Assembly (NCBI GenBank): GCA_024704765.1
Contig: JAKMXF010000022.1
Location: forward strand, 759,055-823,054
Length of the DNA: 64,000 nucleotides
DNA from: Oopsacas minuta
Lineage: Eukaryota > Animalia > Porifera
Direction of reading: 5' to 3'
Below the pieces are notes generated by a model that made no database searches, was not told the origin of the DNA, and saw only the letters and a list, made by a program, of their open reading frames with translations. The translations under genes and the position numbers were made by a program. This document shows positions 46,997 through 58,984 of this stretch, piece after piece. Position 1 is the first letter of the stretch; every line of letters starts with the position of its first letter.

Positions 46997-49900
46997 ATGG
47001 ACCTTACGAAAAGTAGACCGAAATTAGACGATTTTCTGAAGACTTTAAATCAATATATTTCCTCACTTCCTGCTACCAAACCTAAACATATTCTAGAACT
47101 CTATTCAAAGAATAACAAATCAATCCCTCCCTTCCCGCAAGATGTATGTCCTTCTATGAGTGGGGACTGGGATATATTCCACTACTCTGCCCCCTCCTCT
47201 ATAAAGCTGATTGGTAGCTACATCCTACAATTACAAGTGAAACCTAAATCCAATATAGACTTAGCTATAGAACTACCTCTAGAATGTTATACACGTAGAG
47301 ATTATCTTGACTACCGATGGGCCCTAAAGAATGCTCTTTACCTCTCACACTTGGCTACACAAATCACAAAATGGGACTCCATTCTTAGTGTCCATTTCTT
47401 CTATCTTAACAATAATACCTTAAAACCTGCTATAGTATTACGTGCTAAGAACCATCCTAAGATAGATATACGATTACTACCACACCCGCCTAACGAATTA
47501 TTCAAACTTACAAAACTACTTCCTTATGAGAACTGTGTGAGACATAACCTAGACTCATTATCCTCTCCCAATCCTACACCTCTATACAATAACTCCCTCT
47601 TATCCACATTATTCTATGAGCAACATCTGCATTCAATATTCACTGCTATGGAGTTGTGTCCTGCTATCAGAGATGCTGTATTACTCGTTAAAGAATGGCT
47701 ACGGAGGAGAAATCTAGAAGATGGGTGGGGTGGATTCTCTGGGTTTCTCGGAACAATGCTCTTGACGTATCTACTGAGTTGTAGGAATGTGAGTAATGGT
47801 ATGAGTGAGTTTCAAATATTCAGAGTATTCATTCTAACTTTAGCCTCTTCAAACTGGACAGAGGAACCTATCTCTTTATTCCCAGAGGGACAGGAACCCC
47901 CTATAGACCCTGGCTCATTCACACCTTTCTATCCGGTAACGTTTGTCGACACCTCTGGCTATGTGAACCTAGCAGGTGATCTCTCTCTAGCACAATACTC
48001 ACGTGTAAGGCACGAGGCACAGATCTCTCTATCACAACTAGACTCATCTCGAGCCTTTGATCTTCTGTTCCATACATGTGTACCTTTCTTGGACTCATTT
48101 GATTGTGTGATTAGGATAGAAGAACTACATTCCATTCTCTCTCACATTAAAGATACTGTTACTACGGGGGAAGTACCAGAGATTGGTTCTCAGCTGTTAC
48201 CAACTGTCATTTACAGAATGTTAAAAATCCTGGAGAAAGGGTTAGGTGATAAAGTACGAATAATCTCACACACAGCTCTCTATTATGACCCGTGGGGCAT
48301 AGACACACACCCTCCTGTAGTTCCCCATCCTGATCAGCTGTCTCTAGGCTTTATCTATACCGGAAGTGAGATGTTTTCAGGTCAGATAATAGGTCCTCCT
48401 CTAAGTGACCCTGTGAGTGTAGTGTTCAGTGAATTATGGGGTGATAAGGTAGAGATGAGGAGGTTTCCTGATGGAGCAGTATGTCCTGTTGTAGTATGGC
48501 CTTGTTCCAATCCTTCTGAGTCACGTATTATTCCTTTTCTAATCACTAGACATCTGTTAGCCACACACATGGGAGTGTGTCCAGATAAGGTAACATTCCC
48601 GGGGATGCAGTTGGATCAGTTGTTGCATATTTCAGACCAATCCTCTATAGGACCAGAAATACCTCTATCAACTGGAGAGACATCTAGTAGCAGAGTACAA
48701 GATCTGTTTGGTGAGCTAACACAGAAATTATTTGCTCTCAAACATCTCCCTCTCCGTATCAGCTCTGTACAAGGTACGCATGCTGTATTCAGAGGGTGTC
48801 ACGTGTTCCCTCCTTCCTTAGCTCCCTCTGGAAGAGCTCTTCTAGCTCTGAAATCAGAAGGAGATGACCCTTCCTTCCTCTTGCCCAATGCAGACCTCTC
48901 TACTCCCCGTTACACCCCTGCTCTTACAGCTGTCCTCAATCTAGCTATCTCTGGGAAGTGGCCAGATGAGTTAGAAGCTATTTGGCGCGTAAAAACAGCA
49001 TTTTATTTAGAACTTTATCACCAGCTGAAGAAACAATTAATCTTGTCACTTCCAACTCGTTTCTTTTTGGACGTGTTTTTCCATGGATTTGTGTTTCGTT
49101 TTCAAGTATCCTACTTTAGAGAAGTTCAGTACCTACAAAACTATCCGGGACCCCTTGACCTAACTGTACAATTGAATGCTCGTGCTTCAGAACTGTTATT
49201 TGAGACAAAAACACTACCAACATATACTGCTAGAGTACACGGATTAATTCTGAAATATTCTTCTCTCAGTGCTGCTATTAGGCTTACGAAGAGATGGATA
49301 CATTCTCAAATGTTTTCTACTCTAATTCCTGACGTCATTATTGAAATGCTAGTTTTGTATGTGTATCTCAACTCAGAGCTATTCACCAGTCCAGGACATC
49401 ATGTTACCGCTTTTCTGCGGTTTTTGTCACTGTTGAGCTTGCACAGCTGGGAAACGGAACCGATTATAATTAATCCATCGAATCAGATCTCTGAGGAGGA
49501 CATTAAAGAGATACGAATTCAATTTCCTAAACTAAGACATACCCTCCCTCCTCTCTTCCTCGTCTCACCATGGGACAAAGAATCTAAGATAACAGCTTCT
49601 ACTCCATCTCTCCCAGTGCTTAACAGATTGACTATCTTAGCGAGGCAAACATACAAATACTTATCCTCCTTTCTTATACCTCAAATAGGATCCACACCTC
49701 TGGTAGATATCAAGGCTCTATTCAGACCCCCATTGAATGACTTTGACGTCATTATTCGTATAAGACTCAAGTTTGCACCGAGAGCTCTCTACGCAGTGGA
49801 CCCGTTAGTAGTTCCTCCTGTCCAAGAGAGTAAACAGAGAAAAGTCATGAATATGCCTGTTGTAGAATTTGACCCAGTTGAGAAGTTTGTTAAAGAGCTG

Positions 49901-50137
49901 AGGAGTAGATTTGAAAAAATAGCTCTCTTCTTTGTAGATGAGTGGGGTGGGAGAGAAGTTGGGGTTGTTTGGCAACCTAGTTACCAGCTGACAGACAGAT
50001 TCCGTGTCAATCAGTGTGGAGGTAAGAGATACAAGCAAGATAGTCAATTAATGGATGTAAATTTACATTCTGTTTTGAATGATTTTCGAATGATTGGAGG
50101 AGATATGATAGAGGATATTATATCAAATTCAAAATAG
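46997..50137 (+). CDS. NOL6: Nucleolar protein 6 (Nrap/Utp22), intronless
   Basis: IGSY...IDLAIELP, YLDYRW..K.ALYL, WLRRR.L...GGF.GF, FWG.K.E.RRF.DG, W.HSQ, DPV..FV.ELR. Confidence 0.96.
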   Translation: MDLTKSRPKLDDFLKTLNQYISSLPATKPKHILELYSKNNKSIPPFPQDVCPSMSGDWDIFHYSAPSSIKLIGSYILQLQVKPKSNIDLAIELPLECYTRRDYLDYRWALKNALYLSHLATQITKWDSILSVHFFYLNNNTLKPAIVLRAKNHPKIDIRLLPHPPNELFKLTKLLPYENCVRHNLDSLSSPNPTPLYNNSLLSTLFYEQHLHSIFTAMELCPAIRDAVLLVKEWLRRRNLEDGWGGFSGFLGTMLLTYLLSCRNVSNGMSEFQIFRVFILTLASSNWTEEPISLFPEGQEPPIDPGSFTPFYPVTFVDTSGYVNLAGDLSLAQYSRVRHEAQISLSQLDSSRAFDLLFHTCVPFLDSFDCVIRIEELHSILSHIKDTVTTGEVPEIGSQLLPTVIYRMLKILEKGLGDKVRIISHTALYYDPWGIDTHPPVVPHPDQLSLGFIYTGSEMFSGQIIGPPLSDPVSVVFSELWGDKVEMRRFPDGAVCPVVVWPCSNPSESRIIPFLITRHLLATHMGVCPDKVTFPGMQLDQLLHISDQSSIGPEIPLSTGETSSSRVQDLFGELTQKLFALKHLPLRISSVQGTHAVFRGCHVFPPSLAPSGRALLALKSEGDDPSFLLPNADLSTPRYTPALTAVLNLAISGKWPDELEAIWRVKTAFYLELYHQLKKQLILSLPTRFFLDVFFHGFVFRFQVSYFREVQYLQNYPGPLDLTVQLNARASELLFETKTLPTYTARVHGLILKYSSLSAAIRLTKRWIHSQMFSTLIPDVIIEMLVLYVYLNSELFTSPGHHVTAFLRFLSLLSLHSWETEPIIINPSNQISEEDIKEIRIQFPKLRHTLPPLFLVSPWDKESKITASTPSLPVLNRLTILARQTYKYLSSFLIPQIGSTPLVDIKALFRPPLNDFDVIIRIRLKFAPRALYAVDPLVVPPVQESKQRKVMNMPVVEFDPVEKFVKELRSRFEKIALFFVDEWGGREVGVVWQPSYQLTDRFRVNQCGGKRYKQDSQLMDVNLHSVLNDFRMIGGDMIEDIISNSK

Positions 50138-50550
50138 AAGTGTTTAAATAGATGTGGTAAGGAATATTCATTTGATATAAGTTATAGAATCCTGATTGGA
50201 AGAGAATACTACTGAGGATGAGATTTAAGATTTATCCAAGAGAAGAGGCAACAAAGACCACTTCAATTTGATAAATCAATATAGAATTAGAGACCTTTTT
50301 AGCAATTCATAGTTTATTTATTTCTTGTTTTCGAATGACACGAGGACTCTTCAACTGCTAGAAAACCTTGAAATATTTATATAAAGTTATTGATTAATCT
50401 GATATACGTAGATAGCTATAGAAATCTCTTATTTCGTACTATATGTGTATGCTGTTAATCTTTGTTTTAAGGATTGAACCTCGGATAAGTGAAAATGTTC
50501 GGAAACTCAAAAATGATGTGAAATCAGTGATGGTGAATATTATACAGTGT

Positions 50551-50735
50551 CAGCGGTGTAGCCAGCCTCGAGAGAAATTTTATTTGCAGATTCAACACAA
50601 AGCATATCGTATAGGCCTGCAATAATACTAAATAACTCGTGAACTACGTAAATTACGTAGTTCACGAGATTCACGAATAGATATGATCCATTGAAAAATA
50701 TTTCCCGAGCAGGCCCAGGCCTGGCTTCGCCACTG
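50551..50735. mobile_element. hAT-like MITE with an internal 33-bp palindrome
   Basis: TIRs cagcggtgtagccag / ctggcttcgccactg. 8-bp flanks tacagtgt / tacaatgt match 7/8. Palindrome at 50636-50668. Confidence 0.75.
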
Positions 50736-51216
50736 TACAATGTAGATTTTATATATTCAATTGGATGTTTTCTTGTGTATCAATACGGGATTGCCGATAT
50801 TTGTATCGTTCGAAATACTATAGTTTGCCAGTAATAATGAATATTTTTCACAACTAATTGTCCTCTATAATTTTAACCAATTGTCTACTCTACTGTAACA
50901 AGCGTATTGTGTACGTATGTTAATTATTTAATGATTCTATGCTTTCGTATTTCGTATTTCGTATTTCGCTACGAAAAGCTTTGCGACAATTCTGCAAACA
51001 ATTAATGGATTCTAAAATTACAATTATTAAATTTATTAATATTCAATTATTATTTTATTAACTTCATAATAAATAAATAATTGTAAACATCAATAGAGAA
51101 GTATTAGAAAACAAAATTATTTTTTCAATTCACAGTCTAACAACAACAAATTAGCAAATAATTCCTATAACCATCACGAAATTGCGTTTACTCTTTGCAA
51201 CGTGGAAAGTTGACTT

Positions 51217-51738
51217 TCAAGTCACGAGTATAAATTTGATGCAACTATAACCAATTTTCACTGGCATGGTCAGGATCGCTAAAGTGATCATAAAGAAGAA
51301 AAACAACCAGGAAACGAATCCACTTAGTATCTGGATTTGTCTGGTTTGAGAAACTTCGATTGGTTGGAAAGGATTGGGTTTACCTATTAGGAAGCGTCTG
51401 TCTGAACCGCTACTCCCAAAATTATCGACCTGACAGTCTGGCTTGCTGTTTTTCCTCGCTATGATTGTCTTAGCCAGCTCCCTGTGCTGAATGCAACTAC
51501 TATCACTTTGCAGGGTCTCCAAGAATGGCTCGAAGTCCCTTCTCTCTTTTTCAAGATGCTTCACCAGCTCGATGTTCTGTTTCTTGGTGCTGTAAATGTT
51601 CCCTATCTTCTCTCTCTCATCCTCCTTCATTACACCCGCATTTACAAGTCCATGGCTAATCTTTGTGAAATCTAACTTATTTACTATGAACAGTTCATAA
51701 GTACGGAAATTCTTGTATGATTCTGTATTACAACCCAT
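51217..51738 (-). CDS. Small death-fold (CARD-like) protein with a hydrophobic C-terminal tail (173 aa unspliced)
   Basis: Residues ~8-95 follow the CARD helical pattern (IVNKLDF..I...LVNAGVM...E.EKI.....T..QN.EL...L....DFEPFLETL....H.ELA). C-terminal ILSGFVSWLFFFFMITLAILTMPV. The ATG is directly preceded by an in-frame TAA. Confidence 0.7.
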   Translation of the reverse strand: MGCNTESYKNFRTYELFIVNKLDFTKISHGLVNAGVMKEDEREKIGNIYSTKKQNIELVKHLEKERRDFEPFLETLQSDSSCIQHRELAKTIIARKNSKPDCQVDNFGSSGSDRRFLIGKPNPFQPIEVSQTRQIQILSGFVSWLFFFFMITLAILTMPVKIGYSCIKFILVT

Positions 51739-52394
51739 TTATAGTTTGTGGAAATTTTGGAATTAGTATATATGATTTTTTATGATTTTTCTTTTCCAAA
51801 TTGTCTACAATAAGGTATATTTATAGTTTTTGCAGTATATTAATGTTATGTGACATATAATATACTTCACTCAAACAATTAGTCATCTCGGGGCTAGCAT
51901 AATAGTTTGGGATTGAATATAGTAAATTTCTTCAAATATTTATTGCCATGATGAATTATATTCTAAAAACATATTTTCTTGAAGTTTACACGTTATTCCT
52001 AGCAATCTTTGTTGTGTTACATATATTGATGCGAAATATTTTGTATTTGCAAAGGTTGACATGTCAGAGCGCGGCGCTAACAGTCAAGATAGTCAGGCTA
52101 TGGCTTGACCACTTTATAATAGATCAAGCCAACTCAAGAGCCTGACCGCTACTTAATACCTTCCGTCGCCCTTGCATGAGTTACATCTTAAAATACTCGA
52201 TTAAATAGTTTAACAACAGAATGATAACGCAATCACTTAGACATAAGTCTCCAGGTGTACACAGCATTTTGTAAATAAGACAAAAGTCACATACAGTATC
52301 TTCTACTTTTAAATTTTAGCATGAAAACTGCAATGTTGTTTACAGCTAACAGAAACTTTCAAATTTTGTTTGCCTGGATAATTTTAGGTATTTA

Positions 52395-55300
52395 ACAGAC
52401 TATTCGTATGAAGTACTTCTTACCATATATACAGCAACTAACTTGTGTTAACAACGTAAACTCAATTGGAGGAATTGTAAATGAGATTTTGAGGGAGGAA
52501 AGATTGTTGTTAACAGCAATTTTGATGCTCTTAACAGTTAACAGCATTTCTACCATCCCTGAAAAGAATAATTCTCTTACAGTCTCTTCGTTTATACCAG
52601 CAATTTTGATATGTCTAATGTTTCAATACTAGAAATTACATATGTATTCTAACTCAGAAGCATGCTAGGTTAAAAATTTCCATCAACAATAATGTTATTG
52701 TCTGACTATCTACTACTGGCTCGATGCTTCTTAATTCTATAGTTAACATTCCTTATTGGAATACGATCTATCATTTTCTGAAATTTTTATTTGAGACATA
52801 ATTGTATCTGGGTGGAAATTGTGGATATTAACTAGAAATACATTTGGTTTCCGATTTCTATAAAGACAGGGTTATTAATATTATAACCTTTTTCAGCCGC
52901 AGATGGTTTCAACCAGCATAATGTTTGAAGAATACTGGAGATAATTAATAATTACACAATGCTTACTTCATAGTAATTGCGATACTATTTATTGATTAAT
53001 AATAATTTACTCCAAACCAGTCCTGGAGTTGTCTTCGATCCCAACAAAATTGGGGTCACAACTGATCCCATTCGTCAAGTATACACTTCCATGAACTACT
53101 TTGTTAAGTATATTAATATTAATTACGTATATGTTCACTGCTAACCTCACTCTGTAAATTTCGTACTCAATTACTCCTTTTCGATGTTTTCAATTTTTCT
53201 AGAGATTATGGAGGGAGGAGGGTTGATGTAATACTCTAAATTAGCTGTGTGTGAGCTACGTTAGAGTTTGCTCAGTTATATATTCGAAAAATATAATATA
53301 TTAATTAACATTTTGGTTTAATTAATCAATTAAAGTTTATGCATTAACACTTTGATTTAATGTTTGTGCTAATTCGGTGACATTTGATAATTAGCCGTTA
53401 AATATATAATTATTACTCAACCTTGATGATGTAATTTAGCAGCTACAGTAGAACTCTCTGATTGGGATTTACTTGCTACTTACTAGCCTTTTATTTTTGG
53501 GGAAAATTTTTAAGTGACAAGTATATATTCCCTGGACGCCTTACCACATGCTTTTTAGGTAAAATAGCTTAGTTATTTCTTAGTAAATTTGAACAATGTG
53601 TTACTGACTTACTGTTTGTGTCTTGTCTACTGAAGTTTTGGCACCTGTGTATATTGGATAGAAATATATCGAAAATATCATATCATGATATCCAAAAACA
53701 ATGGATCCTGTTTATTATCATCCTTAATAGAATAACCCGTTTACTACCATAAGGTTCCAAAACCATTTTCGGTACTTCTTGTATTAACAAACTCCGCTGT
53801 TGCCATATCGCGTTATGTCATCTCCCGGATATTGTCATAAAATGTGGTCAAATTTGGTATCCTCCAGGATCTGTCATATACTTGAACGTGAATTCCAGTT
53901 TATTAGAAAGAAAAACGGGGAAATATACTGTACATAAGGAAGTGTGATAAAATCGTTTGCATATAGTTATGTCTACATGTATTGTCATTTAGCACTGAAC
54001 ACGTACATACATGCTACGTTTAAGAATTGTATTCCCAGATTATCCCGGATAATGTCATAGCAATCAACACTATCCATATATTGAAAATTAAATCAATTCT
54101 AGAACTTGGAATTTTAATTTTTTTGTAAATAATGATTCGTATTATTATATAAATCGTAGGATATATTGAGATTCCATTGTGATTCGAATTTTGTGTAATA
54201 CACATAATACATATCCAACCGAATTTTCTATTGATCAATTATACGAAAGTACAATATAATGAGCCTCTATACACGTAATATCCCTAATATTCATACGTTG
54301 TACCTACATGATTGAGAATACCAACTCGTGGTCTTGTGCTAGTTATCTACTAATTTTTGTATTGTCTATGCTTGTAATTACATACCTGGCTGGTATCAGC
54401 GTCTATACTGCTATAATTTCACTTAGCTCATGACACGTTTTATCCACTAATCTCTTCAACATTGTTTTCGATGATTTTCAATTAACTTAATTGCCAGATG
54501 TTATGTTTTCCAACAATAACATCTAATTTCGTCTGTCTTGTCTTTGCCAATTTTGCTTCACCAGTATTTGAGGTCATATAATTGTGAATTCATTAATCTG
54601 CGTAGGAAATTTATTAATGGCGAATTATCTTTGGCAATTCATTGTTATTGAGATATACACAATTAAATAAATTACTTAACGAGAAATCTGAATATTCAAT
54701 GTGTTTATAACCTCGAGGAATCATCAAATATTTCAATTTTTCTGTTACTACATTTACTAGATACAGTCAACTTCCGCTATTTCGAATGTTAACAGGAATA
54801 TTCGTTATCTCGGCATTCAAGATAGCGGATGAAAAAACCGTTCGCTATCTTGAATGCCGGTTACCTCGAACAGATTTTCCGGGTTCGAGTTACCAGATGT
54901 TAACTGTATAGCATATTCATTGAATATAATTTTATATTCTTGATATGAATTTTTTTATTGCATTTTGAAAAGATCACAAAAAACTGAATAAGCAGTAAAT
55001 ATCATATGAAAAAGTGTCACTGGGGAAATTGGAACCTTAAAATGGAGTCCATCTGTTAACTCGAACATTCGCTATCTCAAATAGATTTTGATTCCCTTGA
55101 GGGTTCGAGTTACCGGTTGTTGACTGTAATTAAATCTAATGAAAATGAGATAATTAATTCCCTTGCACTTATTGAAGTCATTTTATTTATTTAGTAAATG
55201 ATTTGTAGTATATTAATTATCTTTCTGCTAACAGTTAGTTTTAATCATAGAATATTCAATTTCGAACTTCTTCAAAATAGGACTCATTTCAAGTAGCTTT

Positions 55301-57119
55301 GAAAACCATATAAATTATTATCCTATCATTGCACTCATATGATATTTAATCTCCTTAATTAGACACACCTCTATGTAATTATAGAGGTGTAGGTATAGTC
55401 TTAATTTCTAAGAAGTTGTCATGACTAATTCAGCTATCACATTCCAGCATTTCATACTACTGAGTACTGACAATGAGAAATATCAAACATTTTCAATATT
55501 ATGTATTGTTAGAATATCTACTAAAGGCTTATGTTTCTTAATTTGTTCACATTCCTTTCTAGGAATAATTATATAATTACAAGTATTTCCTTATATACTG
55601 GACCACAGCCGATACCATATAATATACTAATGGAAAATTTTGGTTTCCGATACTGATTCATATAACAGACTGCACAGGGCTATGTACACACCAATATTAG
55701 TATTCGAAGGATCCTGGATACAATATATTACACAATGCCCACATCATAACATTTGTTGTTATTAATTAATCTTATATAATAATTAATAAACTCATTCATC
55801 TCTTTGATTTCGTTGTTCTCAGAATTGATTTTTCCACTAAACCGACGAGTAACATATAGTCATGTACTACAGTATACCCTCCCTAATCCGAAGTCCGAAC
55901 AGGATGAATTCTACTGCGGAAAATACTGTTTACTAATATATATATGTTGGCAGCTTTTCATCATTTGTACAACAAGATTCGAAATAATGTACTCCTAGAT
56001 CAAATAGCTATGCAGTATTTCACTAAATGAACGAAATATTTTGCAATTGGAACAGTGCTGTTCGGATTAGCAAGGTATACTGTAGTAATGAGAATACTTA
56101 ACCAATATGCAACATTAATTGATTTCCATAGGGTTGTCAGCTAATCTAATTGAAAATACTGAGCTAAATGCTCGTTGTGTGTTCCATTATAAAATAGATA
56201 TGTACAGTGTACAGCTGGCATAAAGTGTCTACTTAATTATTAAAGCATAATATCTATGATACTGTCTACGTAGATAAGACATGTTCCTTTTTCACAATAC
56301 ACGTTTTCTTGGAGTTTAATTATACATTTTATCATCTGTGATCAACATTTCCTACCTATTTATGGTGCTCGCTTCTAGTCGAATTTCCTGGAAAGTACTT
56401 AGCAAAATACAGCCTTTTGCGAATATCCCTAAATTATTATTATTATTATTATTACCATGCAAAATTGTATTAGTTTCAGCTGTAACAGGCTGTATGCACG
56501 CATCTTAAGGTTCATCTAATGATCCATCTCAACAGCAGCAATTCTAGCAAGATCAACCTAGCTAATACTTTTGATGTTACTTCACTGTCTAGGAGTGATG
56601 AGTTGTTCATAGATCTTTCCACCCGTACCTATTGAACCTTCATATTGCATGTTATTGCAACATCCTCTAAAATTGTAGTCCTTAAATTTTATCAACCTGT
56701 GGTTGCAAGCTGTTTTCTATAAAAGGAAGTGTAGAAGAAAGGATTATCAAAAACCAGATTTTTAAGAATTATTATTGTAGGTTAATTTTCTTCCTTATAG
56801 AGCCAATTGTATCTAACTTTAGGTTGACTTGGTCTGTCCCGAATTAAGTCAATGCATTTATGTGATTCCTGTTCACTAAGGTTTTCTGGAATCGAATAAA
56901 ACTTTATCTTTCCTTCTTTCAACGCAAAATAGTTATAGTAATCAGTAGTGATGAAAGCCGTACTGGTTAACATAAAATAGTTCTTGTGATGAACAATTGT
57001 AGTTAGGATCAGTCGTTTGCAAATACGCTCGTGAGATTATAACATCTCTCAATGGCAGGTGATCCACTAGGCATACTCCACTATTCACTTCTATCAATTG
57101 GATAATAGCCAAAGCTCAT
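52395..57119 (-). pseudogene. Decayed multi-exon coding sequence of unknown family
   Basis: Splice-bounded, phase-compatible segments: 53095-53011 joined to 52934 onward gives VHGSVYLTNGISCDPNFVGIEDNSRTGLDILQTLCWLKPSAAEKGYNINNPVFIEIG. Near 56700-56470: KTACNHRLIKFKDYNFRGCCNNMQYEGSIGTGGKIYEQLITPRQ*SNIKSIS*VDLARIAAV. Multiple in-frame stops and frameshifts; boundaries approximate. Confidence 0.5.
54764..55126. mobile_element. TA-flanked Tc1/mariner-like MITE(s)
   Basis: ta-cagtcaacttccg at 54764. Inverted ends gttaactg-ta at 54906 and gttgactg-ta at 55126. Same family as 58817. Confidence 0.7.
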
Positions 57120-57216
57120 TAGTCAATCAATTATTGAAGCCATTCACCTATTTATGAAATTACTCTCTTCTACTTTTCTATTTATTTAGTTTTTATTTTT
57201 CTAAATTCAAATTCAA

Positions 57217-58323
57217 ATGGCTAATGCTAATATCGTTCGTGGAATTCTCTTCGAAGTAGGACCTAGGTATTGCGATTTAAATTTCATCGGTGAGGGTGCT
57301 TATGGAATGGTGGTATCTTCATTAGATACAAGGACAGGACATAAGTGCGCTATAAAGAAAATTACACCATTTGAGCATCAAACGTATTGTCAACGTACAC
57401 TACGTGAAATAAAAATCCTGACTCGCTTCAATCACGAGAATATCATCAGTATTCAGGACATCATAAAGCCTAAAGGGCTCGATGAATTTCAAGACGTGTA
57501 TATTGTACAAACTCTAATGGAGACAGACATGTACAAGCTGCTCAAGAACCAGAACCTGACTAACGAGCATATATGCTACTTTTTATACCAGATCCTACGA
57601 GGACTCAAATATATCCATTCTTCTAATGTTATCCACAGAGATCTTAAGCCTAGCAATCTACTGCTCAACTCAACTTGTGATCTGAAAATATGTGACTTTG
57701 GATTGGCTCGTGTTATGGACCCTGGGCATCACCACAATGGAATGCTCACCGAATATGTAGCCACCAGATGGTATCGCGCGCCTGAAATTATGCTCAGTCC
57801 TAAGGCTTACAACACTAGTATTGATATGTGGTCTGTAGGCTGTATCTTAGGAGAGATGCTCTCCAATCGACCCCTTTTCCCAGGCAAGCACTACCTGGAC
57901 CAACTTAACCTAATTCTGGGTGTAGTAGGTTCCCCAACTGCTGAGGACCTGAACTGTATTCTCAATGAGAAGGCTAGAGTATATCTACAGAGTCTCCCTC
58001 AACGTCCAAAGGTCCCTTGGTCTAAACTGTACCCCAAAGCTAATCTCCTAGCTCTCGACCTCCTAGACAGACTCCTCACATTCAATCCACACAGACGTGT
58101 CTACGTAGAAGACTCCCTAAAGCATGTATACCTCAAACAGTTCTATGAGCCACGAGACGAGCCTATTGTAGAGCATCCATTCACGTTTGAGGTTGAGCTA
58201 GACGATCTCCCAAAGGAAACCCTCAAACAGATGATCCATGATGAGGTCATGCAATTCCCTCCCGCAAAACTCCCGAATAAAATCGTAGTTCCGGGCACGA
58301 CCGGAGCCGAGAAAATGGTTTAG
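57217..58323 (+). CDS. MAPK1: ERK-type mitogen-activated protein kinase, intronless
   Basis: [45 protein letters not shown] activation loop, TRWYRAPE. Confidence 0.98.
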   Translation: MANANIVRGILFEVGPRYCDLNFIGEGAYGMVVSSLDTRTGHKCAIKKITPFEHQTYCQRTLREIKILTRFNHENIISIQDIIKPKGLDEFQDVYIVQTLMETDMYKLLKNQNLTNEHICYFLYQILRGLKYIHSSNVIHRDLKPSNLLLNSTCDLKICDFGLARVMDPGHHHNGMLTEYVATRWYRAPEIMLSPKAYNTSIDMWSVGCILGEMLSNRPLFPGKHYLDQLNLILGVVGSPTAEDLNCILNEKARVYLQSLPQRPKVPWSKLYPKANLLALDLLDRLLTFNPHRRVYVEDSLKHVYLKQFYEPRDEPIVEHPFTFEVELDDLPKETLKQMIHDEVMQFPPAKLPNKIVVPGTTGAEKMV

Positions 58324-58816
58324 ATGTCAGCGAGACAGCTCCTACGCATACTGCCTCTCGTAGCTTCTTTAATAACTAACTAACTCTAACACTTTTGTAT
58401 ATTTTGATTACGCCCTCTATTTTCTATCTGTCTCGTCGCGTATTCTGTGTGTCGGTGTGTTTGTGTGGTGTAGGTGAATATATTGTTAGCGTAAACACTA
58501 GGTCTTCATCACATGTACTCTCTCAATTGATTTACGTTTTTATAATAAGTCTAATCTGAGGTAAGAGATAGAATTTGGTGAATATTTCAACGTTCCTGCA
58601 TCTTCATACTAACTATTTCGTATTATTGTGTTATGACTATGATATACTTTAATTTCTATCGAATTTATTTCAGCTAATAGGATAATATATTGTGTTAACC
58701 CTTGTTGTATAGCTCAGGGTTGGGTATGCTTTCTCCATAAGGGCTACTTTACTGCGACGCTCTTTTCTGCTATCCGCCTTATGTGCCCTTATAAGTTAAC
58801 TGCGAGATTTATTATA

Positions 58817-58984
58817 CAGTCAACTTCCGTTATATCGAAGCTCAGATGGAATATATTTACAGTGAAACCTCGTTAATACGAGCACCAACGGACAGTCAAA
58901 ATTTGTTCGTCTTATCCGGAAATTCGTATTAACGAGGTTCCACTGCATGTAAAATTTCCGACTTCGATATTACTGGGTTGGTTG
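58817..58984. mobile_element. Tc1/mariner-like MITE containing a nested 86-bp MITE (58860-58945)
   Basis: Outer left end ta-cagtcaacttccg, as at 54764. Inner TIRs cagtgaaacctcgttaatacga / tcgtattaacgaggttccactg match 21/22. Confidence 0.75.

Noticed and set aside
50943-50970. (tttcgta)4 tandem, and (TAT)n tracts near 30995 and 56440
   Set aside because: Ordinary micro/minisatellites with no sign of function.
20725-51738. Caspase-NHL genes and the CARD-TM gene as one linked pathway cluster
   Set aside because: They are 26 kb apart and separated by many unrelated housekeeping genes, and the caspases lack a CARD to engage the adaptor. No sequence evidence of linkage.
53640-53930. Paired in-frame TAA/TAG stops (F**TG, W**TG) suggesting a ciliate-type genetic code or recoding
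   Set aside because: Neighbouring genes terminate normally at TAA/TAG, and other frames of this segment are equally protein-like. Pseudogene decay explains it better.
58685-58770. tRNA-like start (tagctcagggttgg)
   Set aside because: No T-loop GTTCRA, acceptor stem or cloverleaf can be formed.
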